A program made the translations under genes and the position numbers. DNA of 64,000 nucleotides from Pirellulales bacterium (lineage in GTDB: Bacteria > Planctomycetota > Planctomycetia > Pirellulales > JAICIG01): positions 160,001 to 224,000 of the forward strand of contig JBBDYJ010000035.1 of NCBI GenBank assembly GCA_040901675.1, given 5' to 3'. This document shows positions 9,259 to 18,813 of this stretch, piece by piece (within the stretch, counting starts at the first letter, position 1; every line of letters starts with the position of its first letter). The notes under the pieces were generated by a model. That model had not been told where the DNA came from, searched no databases, and was given only the letters and a program-made list of their open reading frames with translations.

Positions 9259-11073
9259 TTACGCCACCCGGTGACCCAGCCGGGTTTCACTCGTCTCCAG
9301 CCGGCTTTGCAGCTCGTGCACGTGGTTTTCCAGCCGCTCGAGTTCCTGGTGAAACAGGTGTACGGCCCGGCACTGTGCCTCGAGCCGCGCAAAGATGCCG
9401 GCCACCAGCTTGGGACTGTTCCAGCGCTGGGCCAACTCCTCGATCTCGGCGCGGATGCCTCGCCGAAGGCGCGACGTAAAAGCCCACAACAGCAGGCCGC
9501 ACCACAAGAGCAGAACAAAGGCGGCCCCGATAAAGAAGTCAGTCCCCAGCACGGGCTGCGGCCGGTCGGCCAGGCCCAGCTCGTAGGCCAGCCAGGAATC
9601 GTAGAAAAAATTCCGGCCGAAGCGGTACAACAACAGGCCGAGCAAGAGGAGCAAGGCGAGCTCATAACGCCCGCGCACGAACCAGCCCGTGTGCCGCCCA
9701 GCCAAACGGGAGACGAGGGCTTGTAGCTCGGCCGACGCAGCAGAGACAAAGCCGCTGGCCGCGCCCGCCGCTTCGCGCTCGACCACGTCCAGTTGGGCCT
9801 CATCGCGCGGCAGCCCTGCCTCGGCGGCATAGCCGTCGACGATGATGGCCGCGGTCCGCAGTTGGCCCTCGTCCCACCCCAGGGCGATTGCCCGGGCAGT
9901 GGCGGCGTCGGCCTGGCTCTCTTGTCGGCGCCCGCGCCAGCGGCGGCCCCCTTCCCACGCCCCCCACAACGCCAACTGCGCCGCACTGCGGGCCCGCAGC
10001 AGGGCCGCGCTGGACACCAGGCCGCCCAACCCCTGGTACAGCCGCAGCAGGCAGGAGAAAGGACTAAAACCCCATCGGCCGGCGATCTCGTAGAGCAGGC
10101 GGTTTTCCCAGGGACGGCGGCTGCCCAACAGCTCTTCGCGCATCTGGGCCGCCAGCCGGCTGGCCAGGCGGGCTCGCTGTTCGATCAATCCGGCTTCGAG
10201 CTGCTGGACGGCCGGCAGACCGGCTTCGATCCGCTCGCGGCAGGCCGAGAGCGTCTGGGCGGCAAGATCGAGGAAGTTGACCCGGCGGATGCGGCGCGCG
10301 GCGGTGCCCGCCAGCTCGCGCGACAAGAAGTCGACCAGCCGTCCGAACTCGCCGCGCGGCTGCAAGCCCTCCTGGGCCTCGGCCAGGGCCGTGGGCGAAT
10401 CGACAAAGAACATCTCGCCCGCCTGGTACCCGTCGGAGAGCACGCGCCGCCAGTCGTCACGGATATCGGTGTCCGTGTCAGCGTGGGTCTGCACAAAGAC
10501 CAGCCGTGCTCCCGGAGCGGCCATGGCCAGTTCCGCCGCGACGCGGGCGCTGCGGTACTTTTGCTGGGTTGTGGTGACCAGCAGCACGTCGCAGTGAGGC
10601 AACAGCTCGCGCAGCCGGGCCAGGTTCGTGCCCGGGGCTTCCGGATCCTCGGTGGTGTCCGGATCGGGGCAATCCAAGAGGACCATGTCGCGCAGGGCAG
10701 GCAGGTCGCGCGTCACGACCTGCACATCGTGGGGGCGGATGCCCAAGTGTTCAGGCTTGATGTCGGGCCGGCAGATCAGCACGGGTTTGCGGGTGGTCGG
10801 CCTTTGGCGGCCCGGCTCGGTCACCTGGCTGCCGACCAGCGCGTTGACCAGCGAGCTCTTGCCGGTGCCCGTGCCGCCCAGCGTGGCGACCACCAACGGC
10901 GCATCGAGCCGCACGCGCAAGGTGTCTGCCCGTTGGCTGAGGCGCTCGACCAGGGCCCTGGCATGCCGGGCAGGCGGCCAATCGGGCGCCCGGCCGGCCC
11001 AGCGTTTCAACTCGTCGAGCAGGCCGTCGACTTCCGCCAGCAGTTCCAGATGGGCGAGCTCATGGTGCGGCAT
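9259..11073 (-). CDS. Membrane-anchored P-loop GTPase (dynamin-like/Era-like) with C-terminal TM hairpin
   Basis: G1 GGTGTGKS, G2 RPTT, G3-like DCPD, G4-like THAD; long helical stalk; two hydrophobic C-terminal segments. Confidence 0.75.
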   Translation of the reverse strand: MPHHELAHLELLAEVDGLLDELKRWAGRAPDWPPARHARALVERLSQRADTLRVRLDAPLVVATLGGTGTGKSSLVNALVGSQVTEPGRQRPTTRKPVLICRPDIKPEHLGIRPHDVQVVTRDLPALRDMVLLDCPDPDTTEDPEAPGTNLARLRELLPHCDVLLVTTTQQKYRSARVAAELAMAAPGARLVFVQTHADTDTDIRDDWRRVLSDGYQAGEMFFVDSPTALAEAQEGLQPRGEFGRLVDFLSRELAGTAARRIRRVNFLDLAAQTLSACRERIEAGLPAVQQLEAGLIEQRARLASRLAAQMREELLGSRRPWENRLLYEIAGRWGFSPFSCLLRLYQGLGGLVSSAALLRARSAAQLALWGAWEGGRRWRGRRQESQADAATARAIALGWDEGQLRTAAIIVDGYAAEAGLPRDEAQLDVVEREAAGAASGFVSAASAELQALVSRLAGRHTGWFVRGRYELALLLLLGLLLYRFGRNFFYDSWLAYELGLADRPQPVLGTDFFIGAAFVLLLWCGLLLWAFTSRLRRGIRAEIEELAQRWNSPKLVAGIFARLEAQCRAVHLFHQELERLENHVHELQSRLETSETRLGHRVA

Positions 11074-11110
11074 CAGGATTCACTGTGCGGCATAGGGTTC
11101 ACTCGCCAAT

Positions 11111-11773
11111 CTAGCGGACCGCAAGGAGGTACTGCGGATGGCCAAGCGGATCGGTCTGTTGCGAGAATTGGAACTGCCTGTCGAAGACGCCCGACCGAAG
11201 CCAACCCTCGCTTAGATCGGCGGCGACATAGCCATCGGCCGAGTAATGCAGAATGTTCAACGACGCCGTCGGCCCGCGGGCGTCGACCAGCCAGTACTCC
11301 AGAATGCCCGCCTGCCAATACAAGTCGCGGAGCCTCACGGTGTCTTTCCGCACGGAGGTTGGACTGAGCACCTCCAATACCATTTCGGGGGTACCTTCCA
11401 GCTCCGTGAACCCTGATTCGGCGCCCTCCAGGAACCTTAGCCGGCCACTCTCGATCGCGGTATACGAGACAAAGATGCCATCCGGCTCGGTTGAGAGGTT
11501 TGCCCGCGGATTGCTCAACAGTGCCCGGTCGCCGAAGAAGTAGCCTAGCCGCTGTGCGTCGACTAGTCCGGCCAGAACGACGGCAAACCGGATCTTGACC
11601 TGGTTGTGTGAGAAAAGCTGTTCCATGCTCAAGTCCACCCAGATCTCGCCACCCAGGTATGAGAACCAGCCGTGCTCCGGAAACTCTTCCGATTGCGCCC
11701 AACGCCGGAACGTCGCCAGATCGCCTACCCAGGCGGGGATAACGACGCTGTCTTGAATGACGATTGTGCTCAT
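11111..11773 (-). CDS. Uma2 family (DUF820) restriction-endonuclease-fold protein
   Basis: EPDG, PEMVLEVLSPTS, YWQAGILEYWLVD. Confidence 0.85.
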   Translation of the reverse strand: MSTIVIQDSVVIPAWVGDLATFRRWAQSEEFPEHGWFSYLGGEIWVDLSMEQLFSHNQVKIRFAVVLAGLVDAQRLGYFFGDRALLSNPRANLSTEPDGIFVSYTAIESGRLRFLEGAESGFTELEGTPEMVLEVLSPTSVRKDTVRLRDLYWQAGILEYWLVDARGPTASLNILHYSADGYVAADLSEGWLRSGVFDRQFQFSQQTDPLGHPQYLLAVR

Positions 11774-11855
11774 GCCGTGGCTTCCTCACGCTGACCAGTG
11801 CCGCGCCTCAACCCCATCATAGCCGAGTGGCTGGCTCAAAGCGCCACCGGATCCG

Positions 11856-13301
11856 CTACCGATACAGCCCGGCAATCGGCTGGCCGAGCGAAACGGCCAG
11901 CGGGCGGCCTTGCGGATCGAGGTACTCGGTGGCCGGATCGATGCCGAGCGCCGAGAAGATCGTAGCGGCGATATCCCAAGGGCCGACGCGCTCCGACCGC
12001 GGCTGCGCGGCGAAGCGGTCGGAGCTGCCGTACAACGCGCCCCTCGCGACGCCGGCCCCGGCCAGCACCGCCGAATAGACGCTGGCCCAGTGCTTGCGGC
12101 CTGGCGTGCGGCCCGCGAAGGTCGGCTCCAGGGCCACACGGGGAGCCCGGCCGAACTCGCCGATGCAGACCACCAACGTTTGGTGCAGTAAGCCGCGCTC
12201 GTCGAGATCCTCCAAGAGCGCCGAAAATCCCAGGTCGAACCGCGGCAGCAGGTGGACCTTGAGCGCTTCGAAGATGTCGTTGTGGGTATCCCAGCCGTAG
12301 GCGTCGGTCGAGCCGGGCGACTTGTCCTGACCGCGGTTGGTGTAGTTCCAGATCACCGTCACCAGCGGCACGCCGGCCTCGACCAGCCGGCGAGCCAACA
12401 GGCATGCCTGTCCCGGCCGGTTGCGCCCGTAGCGGTCGCGGACTTCAGCGGGCTCGGCCGAGAGATCGAAGGCCTCGCGGCAACTCGGCGACGCCAACAG
12501 CTCGAACGCCTGACGGTAGAGGTTATTCATGTCGACGAATTTTGCGTCGGCCAGGTGCGACTCCAGGCCTGCGCAGCCGCGGTCGATCACTGCCCGCAAT
12601 CGCTCGCGATCGGCCAGCCGCACGGCCGGCAACTCCAGCCGCGGCGCAAGTGCGGGGACCGCCTCCCGCGCCGAGCTCACGTCGCCCAGGACCAGCGGCT
12701 CGTATTGCCGTCCCAAGAAACCGCCGTTCTGGCCGGGGCCGACTTCCTCCGGCACCAGGGCCGGGCCGTTCAGGTGCACCGCTTCGTAGGGGAACGCTCC
12801 GCTCTGGCGGACCCTTTTCAGCACGGCGCCGTAGGTGGGGTCGTCGGTCGGGCGCGGCGGCGGGTTCGACGACTTTTGCGGGTGGTATCGGCCCGTGAGC
12901 GCCAGGTAACCGGCCGAGCCGTGGTCCACGTCGTCGTGCGACAGGCTGCGGACGATGGTGTAGCGGTCGGCCAGCCGAGCCAGCCGCGGCATGTGCTCGC
13001 CCACGAATGTGCCGGGCACCGGTGTGGCGATCGGCCTGAACTCGCCGCGGACAACCTCGGGCGCCGAGGGCTTGGGGTCCCACGTTTCCAGTTGGCTTTG
13101 GCCGCCGCTGGTGTAGACCAGGATCACCGAGCGCGCCCGGCCGAAGCCAGCCGGCCGCCCTGCCGTCTCGCCTCCTGTACCGGCGAACAACTGTTGGCCG
13201 GTGATTCCCACGCCCAGCCCCGCCAACCCACCGATGCGCAGCCATTCCCGGCGAGTCATGACCCCACCAGAGCGCTGATGGCTGGTAAAGAAGCGAATCA
13301 C
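11856..13301 (-). CDS. DUF1501 domain-containing protein
   Basis: TRREWLRIGGL Tat-like motif; GGQSQLETWDPKP, GQACLLARRLVEAGV, WDTHND, GEFGRAPR; native start probably GTG 13301 (ATG 13259 alternative). Confidence 0.9.
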   Translation of the reverse strand: MIRFFTSHQRSGGVMTRREWLRIGGLAGLGVGITGQQLFAGTGGETAGRPAGFGRARSVILVYTSGGQSQLETWDPKPSAPEVVRGEFRPIATPVPGTFVGEHMPRLARLADRYTIVRSLSHDDVDHGSAGYLALTGRYHPQKSSNPPPRPTDDPTYGAVLKRVRQSGAFPYEAVHLNGPALVPEEVGPGQNGGFLGRQYEPLVLGDVSSAREAVPALAPRLELPAVRLADRERLRAVIDRGCAGLESHLADAKFVDMNNLYRQAFELLASPSCREAFDLSAEPAEVRDRYGRNRPGQACLLARRLVEAGVPLVTVIWNYTNRGQDKSPGSTDAYGWDTHNDIFEALKVHLLPRFDLGFSALLEDLDERGLLHQTLVVCIGEFGRAPRVALEPTFAGRTPGRKHWASVYSAVLAGAGVARGALYGSSDRFAAQPRSERVGPWDIAATIFSALGIDPATEYLDPQGRPLAVSLGQPIAGLYR

Positions 13302-13409
13302 GGGTGTGCTAGCCGCCGCGGGGTCCGTTAGACTCCGTACCCACAAACTGCCTTTTTCCGCAACATAGCATTTGGCGAGCGCGCTGGAGTCGAAGAAGTA
13401 CACGGCCAC
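13302..13409 (-). pseudogene. N-terminal stub of a VapC/PIN-domain toxin, in frame with DUF1501
   Basis: MAVYFFDSSALAKCYVAEKGSLWVRSLTDPAA resembles the first strand/helix of PIN toxins; starts immediately after the antitoxin stop. Confidence 0.7.
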
Positions 13410-13685
13410 TTATCGCCGTTCCTCAATGATCGTCTCGGAAAGAGGCTTCCCCCGGATGGAAACGGGTCGGAAGCTGTCGAACGAATTGCGGTCGCGGGCC
13501 GGCTGCGTGATTTCGGTGATCAGGCCGGCGTCAAGGAGGCGTTGCTTGAACACTTGTTCGAGCGATTCGACGTCGCGAGTTCCTTGACACGTGGTGGACG
13601 GCTCCAGGGCCGAGCGAACTCGTCGCTGGTCTTCCGGCGGGAGCGCCCTGAATTCTTCAATGAGCTTTTCGACCTCGTTAGCCAC
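13410..13685 (-). CDS. Putative antitoxin of a VapBC-type module
   Basis: GGAG RBS and GTG 13685; C-terminal …GKPLSETIIEERR typical of PIN-toxin partners; stop abuts the toxin start. Confidence 0.7.
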   Translation of the reverse strand: MANEVEKLIEEFRALPPEDQRRVRSALEPSTTCQGTRDVESLEQVFKQRLLDAGLITEITQPARDRNSFDSFRPVSIRGKPLSETIIEERR

Positions 13686-13713
13686 GCTTGCTCCTTTGCA
13701 CTGGGACATTGCA

Positions 13714-13743
13714 ATTCTAGCTCAAGCAGGGATACCCAGGCAA
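13714..13743 (-). promoter_or_regulatory. Putative promoter of the TA module with an adjacent palindrome
   Basis: TTGCCT-N18-TAGAAT on the minus strand; TTGCA-N9-TGCAA inverted repeat at 13696-13714. Confidence 0.4.
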
Positions 13744-13878
13744 TCATCGTCTCGAGCAGCGGTTGCCAACTGCTGGCCCAGCCACCGATCGCGTGGATCT
13801 CCAAGCCCCACTGAAACCAGCATACCGACAGCAGAGGGCCGAGAGTGCAGCGTTCGCCGTTGCCGGACTGTCAATCTC

Positions 13879-15432
13879 TCACCGCCTGCCGCGCGACCAG
13901 GCCAGCCATTTGGCGGAAACTTTGGCGGCCAGCGGCGTGAGCCGAGTGCGAGAATAGTTGTCGGCGATCCGCTTGAGAACTTCGACCTGCGTCGGATAGC
14001 AATGGATGGTTCGGGCCAACACGGCCAGCGAGAGGCGGTGGGTGATCAGCATCGTCAACTCGCCGATCATCTCGCCGGCGTGCTCGGCCACAATGGTGCC
14101 ACCGACCACGTGGCCGCTGCCGCGCTTGCAGTGGACGACGGCAAAACCGTGCTCCTCACCGTCGACAACGGCCCGATCCACCTCCGACAGCTCGACCCGG
14201 TAGCTGTCCAGCTCGATGCCCTGCCGCCGGGCCTCGGATTCGGTGAGGCCGACGTGGGCCACCTCGGGATCGGTGTACGTGCAGCGGGGAATCACCAGCC
14301 GGCTGACCTTCCTGCGACCGAAGAACAACGCATTCTGCACGCATAGCCTGGCCATGGCGTCGGCAGCGTGCGTGAACTGGTACTTCGAACAGACGTCGCC
14401 GGCGGCGTAGATGGCCCGGTTCGACGTTCGCAGCCGGTCGTTCACCTCGATGCCCCCGGTCGTGTAGTTCACGCCTGCCGCTTCCAGGTTCAATCCCTCC
14501 ACGTTCGCTTGCCGGCCGGCGGCCACCAGAATCGCATCGGCGATCAGCTTTTTCTTTTCCCCGCCTCGCTCGATGGTCAGGCTTTTCGAGTCGCCCATCC
14601 TTTCGGCCAACCGGGTCGACCATCCCAGGTGCAAATGCATCCCTTCACGCTCGAACTGATCGCGTATCAACCGGGCCGCCTCGGGGGCCTCCTTGGCCAA
14701 GATCTGCTCGCCGCGCCCCACCAGGTGCACCTCGCTGCCGAAGCGGCGAAACGACTGCGCCAGCTCGCAGCCGACCGGGCCGGCACCCACCACGATCAGC
14801 TTGCGAGGCAGCTCGGTCAGCGAGAAGACCGTCTCGTTGGTCAAGTAGCCGACTTCCGCGAGATGCTCGATGTCGGGCGTCGCTGCCCGTCCACCGGTGG
14901 CAATGACCGCCCGGCGGAATCGCAGCGAGCGGCCATCGACCTCCAGCGTGCTGCGGCCCGTGAAGCGGGCCTCGCCGAGGTAGACATCGACCCCCAGGCC
15001 GGTGAATCGCTGGGCCGAGTCGTGGTGACTGATGCGGGCACGCAGCCGCCGCATACGTTCCATCACGGCCGCAAAGTCGGCTGCTTGCTCCAGGGCGCGC
15101 GGCGCGTCGGCGACGCGCGCGGCTTCGCCGAGGCGAAAACCGTATTGGTCGCCCAGCCCAAGCTGGTACACGGCGCGGGCCGAGCGGATCAAGGCCTTGC
15201 TGGGCACGCAGCCATAATTGAGGCAGTCGCCGCCCAAGAGGTGCCGTTCGACCAGTGCGGAGCGGCCGCCGAGTCCGGCCGTGCCCAGGGCCGCGATGAT
15301 CCCCGCCGTGCCGCCGCCGATCGCCACCAGGTTGTAGCGGCCGGGGGGCGTGGGGTTTTCCCAGCCCGGGGGATGGGCATGCTCGAGCAAGACGCGGTTG
15401 TACTCGTCGCTCGGCGATAGGGGGATCTGCAT
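13879..15432 (-). CDS. Class I pyridine nucleotide-disulfide oxidoreductase (LpdA/mercuric-reductase-like)
   Basis: IGGGTAG, GGDCLNYGCVPSK, GAGPVGCE, IYAAGD, HCYPTQ. Confidence 0.9.
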   Translation of the reverse strand: MQIPLSPSDEYNRVLLEHAHPPGWENPTPPGRYNLVAIGGGTAGIIAALGTAGLGGRSALVERHLLGGDCLNYGCVPSKALIRSARAVYQLGLGDQYGFRLGEAARVADAPRALEQAADFAAVMERMRRLRARISHHDSAQRFTGLGVDVYLGEARFTGRSTLEVDGRSLRFRRAVIATGGRAATPDIEHLAEVGYLTNETVFSLTELPRKLIVVGAGPVGCELAQSFRRFGSEVHLVGRGEQILAKEAPEAARLIRDQFEREGMHLHLGWSTRLAERMGDSKSLTIERGGEKKKLIADAILVAAGRQANVEGLNLEAAGVNYTTGGIEVNDRLRTSNRAIYAAGDVCSKYQFTHAADAMARLCVQNALFFGRRKVSRLVIPRCTYTDPEVAHVGLTESEARRQGIELDSYRVELSEVDRAVVDGEEHGFAVVHCKRGSGHVVGGTIVAEHAGEMIGELTMLITHRLSLAVLARTIHCYPTQVEVLKRIADNYSRTRLTPLAAKVSAKWLAWSRGRR

Positions 15433-15470
15433 TGCGAACCACGCAGGCATGCCGGGGCTTCGCAAAGATT

Positions 15471-17567
15471 CTAGCGGTCTTGTTCCTCCTCGCTAGCGGC
15501 AATCTTGGAGGCCCGCAGTGTGTAGTTGCTCGCCTCCTTGGCACGGCCCAGCTCGCGATACATCGTCGCCAGGTTGGCGTAACCCACCGAAAGCGATCGG
15601 GCCGGCAGCAGGCCCTCTCCGACTGCCTGCTCCATCAGCTCCACGCCGTAACTGGTGAGTTGTACGGCCTTGTCGCGGTCTCCCTCGGTCCAGTACGACA
15701 GGGCCGCCGTTATCAGCGTTTCGCCCTGGCGGCCGGTATCGCCCAATGCCGACGGCGGCACCGGCTGCTGGAGCAGCGGGATTGCCTTCTCGTACCAGGC
15801 AATGGCCGGGCCGTGCTGCTGGCGGTCCTGGGCGTAAATCGAACCGAGCCGGAAGTAGAGGCGGCCCAGCAAATAGGCGTCGCCGGTGGATTCCTGCCTG
15901 CCGGGCATGCCCTGTTCGAGCGAGTCGACAGCCAGGCGGCCGTACCGCAAAGCTTCGTCGGGCTGCCCGCGCACGTGCCAAGCCTGCAGCGCATCGTACA
16001 TTGCCAGACCCAACTGCCATTGCAACCGCTGGCGCCGCAATGGGTCGGCACATTGATCGATGGCCTGGCGTCCCGTTTCGAGTGCCTGCCTGGCAAACTG
16101 GGCCGGGTCGATCTTTCCCCTGACGCCGACGCAGGCGGCTAGCGACTGCGCTTCGACGCGCAGGCGCAGCTCGGCATGGAGGCCTTCGACGGCGACCGAT
16201 TCGTCGGCGATTCGTCGAGCCCGCTCGAGCCATTTCGGAACGACCTCTTCCTTTTGCTGCCACTGGCCCCAGGCAATGTCCTGGGCCACGGCCAGATGGG
16301 CCTCAATCAGGGTTCGCCGGGCCGATCGGCGGATGCTGGCCTGCCGGTCGCCCGCCAGCGGCTGGGCCAGACGGATCGCCTGCAGATGGTACTCCAGGGC
16401 GCCCTGATAGTCGCGATGGCGGCTGGCCGCGAGCTGGTCGCCCAATTGGGCCAGGGCCCGGGCGTGTACGTGCGTTTCCAGCCCGGTTTGCCCGAGCACT
16501 TGCTTGGTCTCATCAATCGCCTCTTCGAACAGGCCTGAGTCGGCCAGGATTCGGGAATGCGTCAACAGGTACTCGGCATGGTCCGGTTCGAGGCCAAGTG
16601 CCTCGTCCGCGGCAGCCAGGGCGGCGTTGCGCTGACCCAGGTCGGCCAGCACGCGCGACCGCAGCCACCAGGCCCGGGCGCTCGCGGGATCCAGGTCGAT
16701 GGCCGTCGCCAGATCCACCAGGCAAGCCGTGTCGTCGTGTCCCAGCCGGGCTTCGGACCGCTCGATGAAGGGAAGCGGATCGATCGCAGTGAGCACGACC
16801 TGCGAGACCCGCGGCGGGGGCCGCTTCACCGCCGCGCCAGGATCCTCACCGGGCTGCGCCGGTGCGGCAGGCGCGAACCGCAGCAGCACTCCGCGTTCCG
16901 GATAGGCCTGGCCGATCCAAGCCCCGGATTCCGCCGGCATCAGCACCGGGTGCACCCCGGCAATCCCCAGTTGCTGGGCAATCGTCCCGGCCGGGAACTG
17001 CTCGCGCAACGCGATGGTAATTGAGACCACGCGGCCCTGATGTGAGGCGACTTCGATCCGCTCGAACGGCTGGCGCGCAAAAGTGTGCAGTTGCATTTCG
17101 CCCTGGCTGCGCGCCTCGATCGGCTCGCCCCACACGCTCTGGGCTTCTTCGATCGTCGAGCGGCCCGGCCGCACGCCGTCGAACTCAATCGGTTCGGCCA
17201 CCGGTCGCGGCTGGGCCGTTGGCTGGTTGGCCGTTGGCTCATCAGCCGGTTCGTCGTCGGCCGGCAGCGGCAGCAACGGGTCGTCGGGCGTCAGGCCATC
17301 CGCTTCGTCGCCGCTGTCTGCCGACGGTTCGTCTCCCTCATCGGAGCCCAGCGGGGCGGGCTCAACCTCGTCCTCGATGACGACGGGCTCCACGTCGCCG
17401 GGTTCGTCGATGGGCAACTCGGCTGGAGCAGCGGGTTCCTCCGCGGGCTGGGGTGACTCGGCCCGAACAGGCTCCCCTGATTCGAACGCCTCGCAAACCC
17501 ACGGCCCGAAACCGAGGAGCAGGGCGGAGAAAATCGCGATAAAACCAGCGCTCGACCGGACTTGCAT
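15471..17567 (-). CDS. Exported tetratricopeptide-repeat protein
   Basis: Signal peptide, acidic Pro-rich linker, multiple TPR-like helices (AWWLRSRVLADLG, YFRLGSIY, YANLATMYRELG). Confidence 0.8.
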   Translation of the reverse strand: MQVRSSAGFIAIFSALLLGFGPWVCEAFESGEPVRAESPQPAEEPAAPAELPIDEPGDVEPVVIEDEVEPAPLGSDEGDEPSADSGDEADGLTPDDPLLPLPADDEPADEPTANQPTAQPRPVAEPIEFDGVRPGRSTIEEAQSVWGEPIEARSQGEMQLHTFARQPFERIEVASHQGRVVSITIALREQFPAGTIAQQLGIAGVHPVLMPAESGAWIGQAYPERGVLLRFAPAAPAQPGEDPGAAVKRPPPRVSQVVLTAIDPLPFIERSEARLGHDDTACLVDLATAIDLDPASARAWWLRSRVLADLGQRNAALAAADEALGLEPDHAEYLLTHSRILADSGLFEEAIDETKQVLGQTGLETHVHARALAQLGDQLAASRHRDYQGALEYHLQAIRLAQPLAGDRQASIRRSARRTLIEAHLAVAQDIAWGQWQQKEEVVPKWLERARRIADESVAVEGLHAELRLRVEAQSLAACVGVRGKIDPAQFARQALETGRQAIDQCADPLRRQRLQWQLGLAMYDALQAWHVRGQPDEALRYGRLAVDSLEQGMPGRQESTGDAYLLGRLYFRLGSIYAQDRQQHGPAIAWYEKAIPLLQQPVPPSALGDTGRQGETLITAALSYWTEGDRDKAVQLTSYGVELMEQAVGEGLLPARSLSVGYANLATMYRELGRAKEASNYTLRASKIAASEEEQDR

Positions 17568-17673
17568 TGCTGTTCCTCCTGAACATCGCGGGGAAGATCC
17601 ATTTCCGCGCGGCGGAAGTATATCGAAAGGCCGTCCGGCGCCCTATAGCGGCAATCGAACGATCAGGCGGATG

Positions 17674-18813
17674 CTAGCTGCCGGCTTGCGAAAGCAGGCG
17701 TCGCAAGATCGTTGCCGCCTGTTGCCCGTTTCCTCGCTCGAGGTCGGCCAGGCTTTGCTCGATGGCCGCGATCTGCCGGTCGTTGAAGGGCACGGCAGCA
17801 CCGGCGGCGGGCGCTTCGGGCACCAGGTGCTCGACGAGCGCGCGGGCCAGGCCGCCTGCCCCGCCCTCGACAACGGCGCTGGTGCTCACGCCTGCTGGTC
17901 CGACGGGACCGCCCGGCGGCGGCAGGTCCGACTTGTTGTGGACGATGATCGCGTCGGGCCAGCGGGCTGCCAGGTCGTCGTCGTCCTTCGACCAAGGACG
18001 GCTCGCGTCGAACACCAGCACACGGGCATCCGCCGTGGAAAAGTGCTCGATCGCCAGCCGCATTCCGGACGTTTCCAGTGGGTCGCTGCTCGCCGCCAAT
18101 CCGGCCGTGTCAGCCAGTTCAACCGGCCATCCTTCCAGGGCCGTGCCGGCAGTCAGCACGTCGCGGGTCGTGCCCGGCTGATCGAACACAATGGCCCGGC
18201 GGTAGCCGACCAGGGCGTTGATCAGACTGCTCTTGCCCACGTTGGGCCGCCCCGCCAGGACCACTCGGAATGGCCGGGTGAGGTGACCGCCCAGGCGCTT
18301 CCAGGCAGCAAGCCGCCGCAACCGCCCCGCCGCAGACGCCGAGCCAGCTTCGAGCAAGTCCGCAATCTCGCCAAGCTCGCGGCTCAGCGCGCCGTGGAAC
18401 TGGTCCAGCAAGATGGCGGCGGTCCGCTCGGTACGGGCCAGGGCCAAGGCTTGCTGCGCTTCGGCGGCCAGCGGATCGCGCTGGCTGCCGGTACACCACG
18501 CGTGCCACGAGATAAGGCGGCAGCCGGCCTCTACCAGCGAGTCGGCGATGACTTGGGCGGCCATGGTGCCGCCATGGCAGTGGACCTCGACTTCGTCCGG
18601 CCCCTTGTGGCAGACAACCACTTGCTCGCGCGGCGACCGGCCCCAATGGCCGAATTGAATCCGGCCGATCGGCAGGGCCGCCGACTGGCTTGCGCCGGCG
18701 GCGCGAAACAAGCCGGCCACCAGTTGCGCGGCCCCATGCCCTGCCACCAGCAAGCTGGCGACCGCGCCGCGGCCCCGAGGTGTCAATACAACGGCGTAGG
18801 GTCCGAGAGTCAC
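17674..18813 (-). CDS. MnmE/TrmE-like GTPase, short form
   Basis: TPRGRGAVA, EVHCHGG, GRPNVGKSSL, PGTTRD, DTAG, NKSD; lacks the C-terminal CxGK motif. Confidence 0.8.
   Translation of the reverse strand: MTLGPYAVVLTPRGRGAVASLLVAGHGAAQLVAGLFRAAGASQSAALPIGRIQFGHWGRSPREQVVVCHKGPDEVEVHCHGGTMAAQVIADSLVEAGCRLISWHAWCTGSQRDPLAAEAQQALALARTERTAAILLDQFHGALSRELGEIADLLEAGSASAAGRLRRLAAWKRLGGHLTRPFRVVLAGRPNVGKSSLINALVGYRRAIVFDQPGTTRDVLTAGTALEGWPVELADTAGLAASSDPLETSGMRLAIEHFSTADARVLVFDASRPWSKDDDDLAARWPDAIIVHNKSDLPPPGGPVGPAGVSTSAVVEGGAGGLARALVEHLVPEAPAAGAAVPFNDRQIAAIEQSLADLERGNGQQAATILRRLLSQAGS

Noticed and set aside
13879..15432. Mercuric reductase merA / mercury resistance
   Set aside because: No C-terminal Cys-Cys pair, no N-terminal metal-binding domain and no mer genes nearby.
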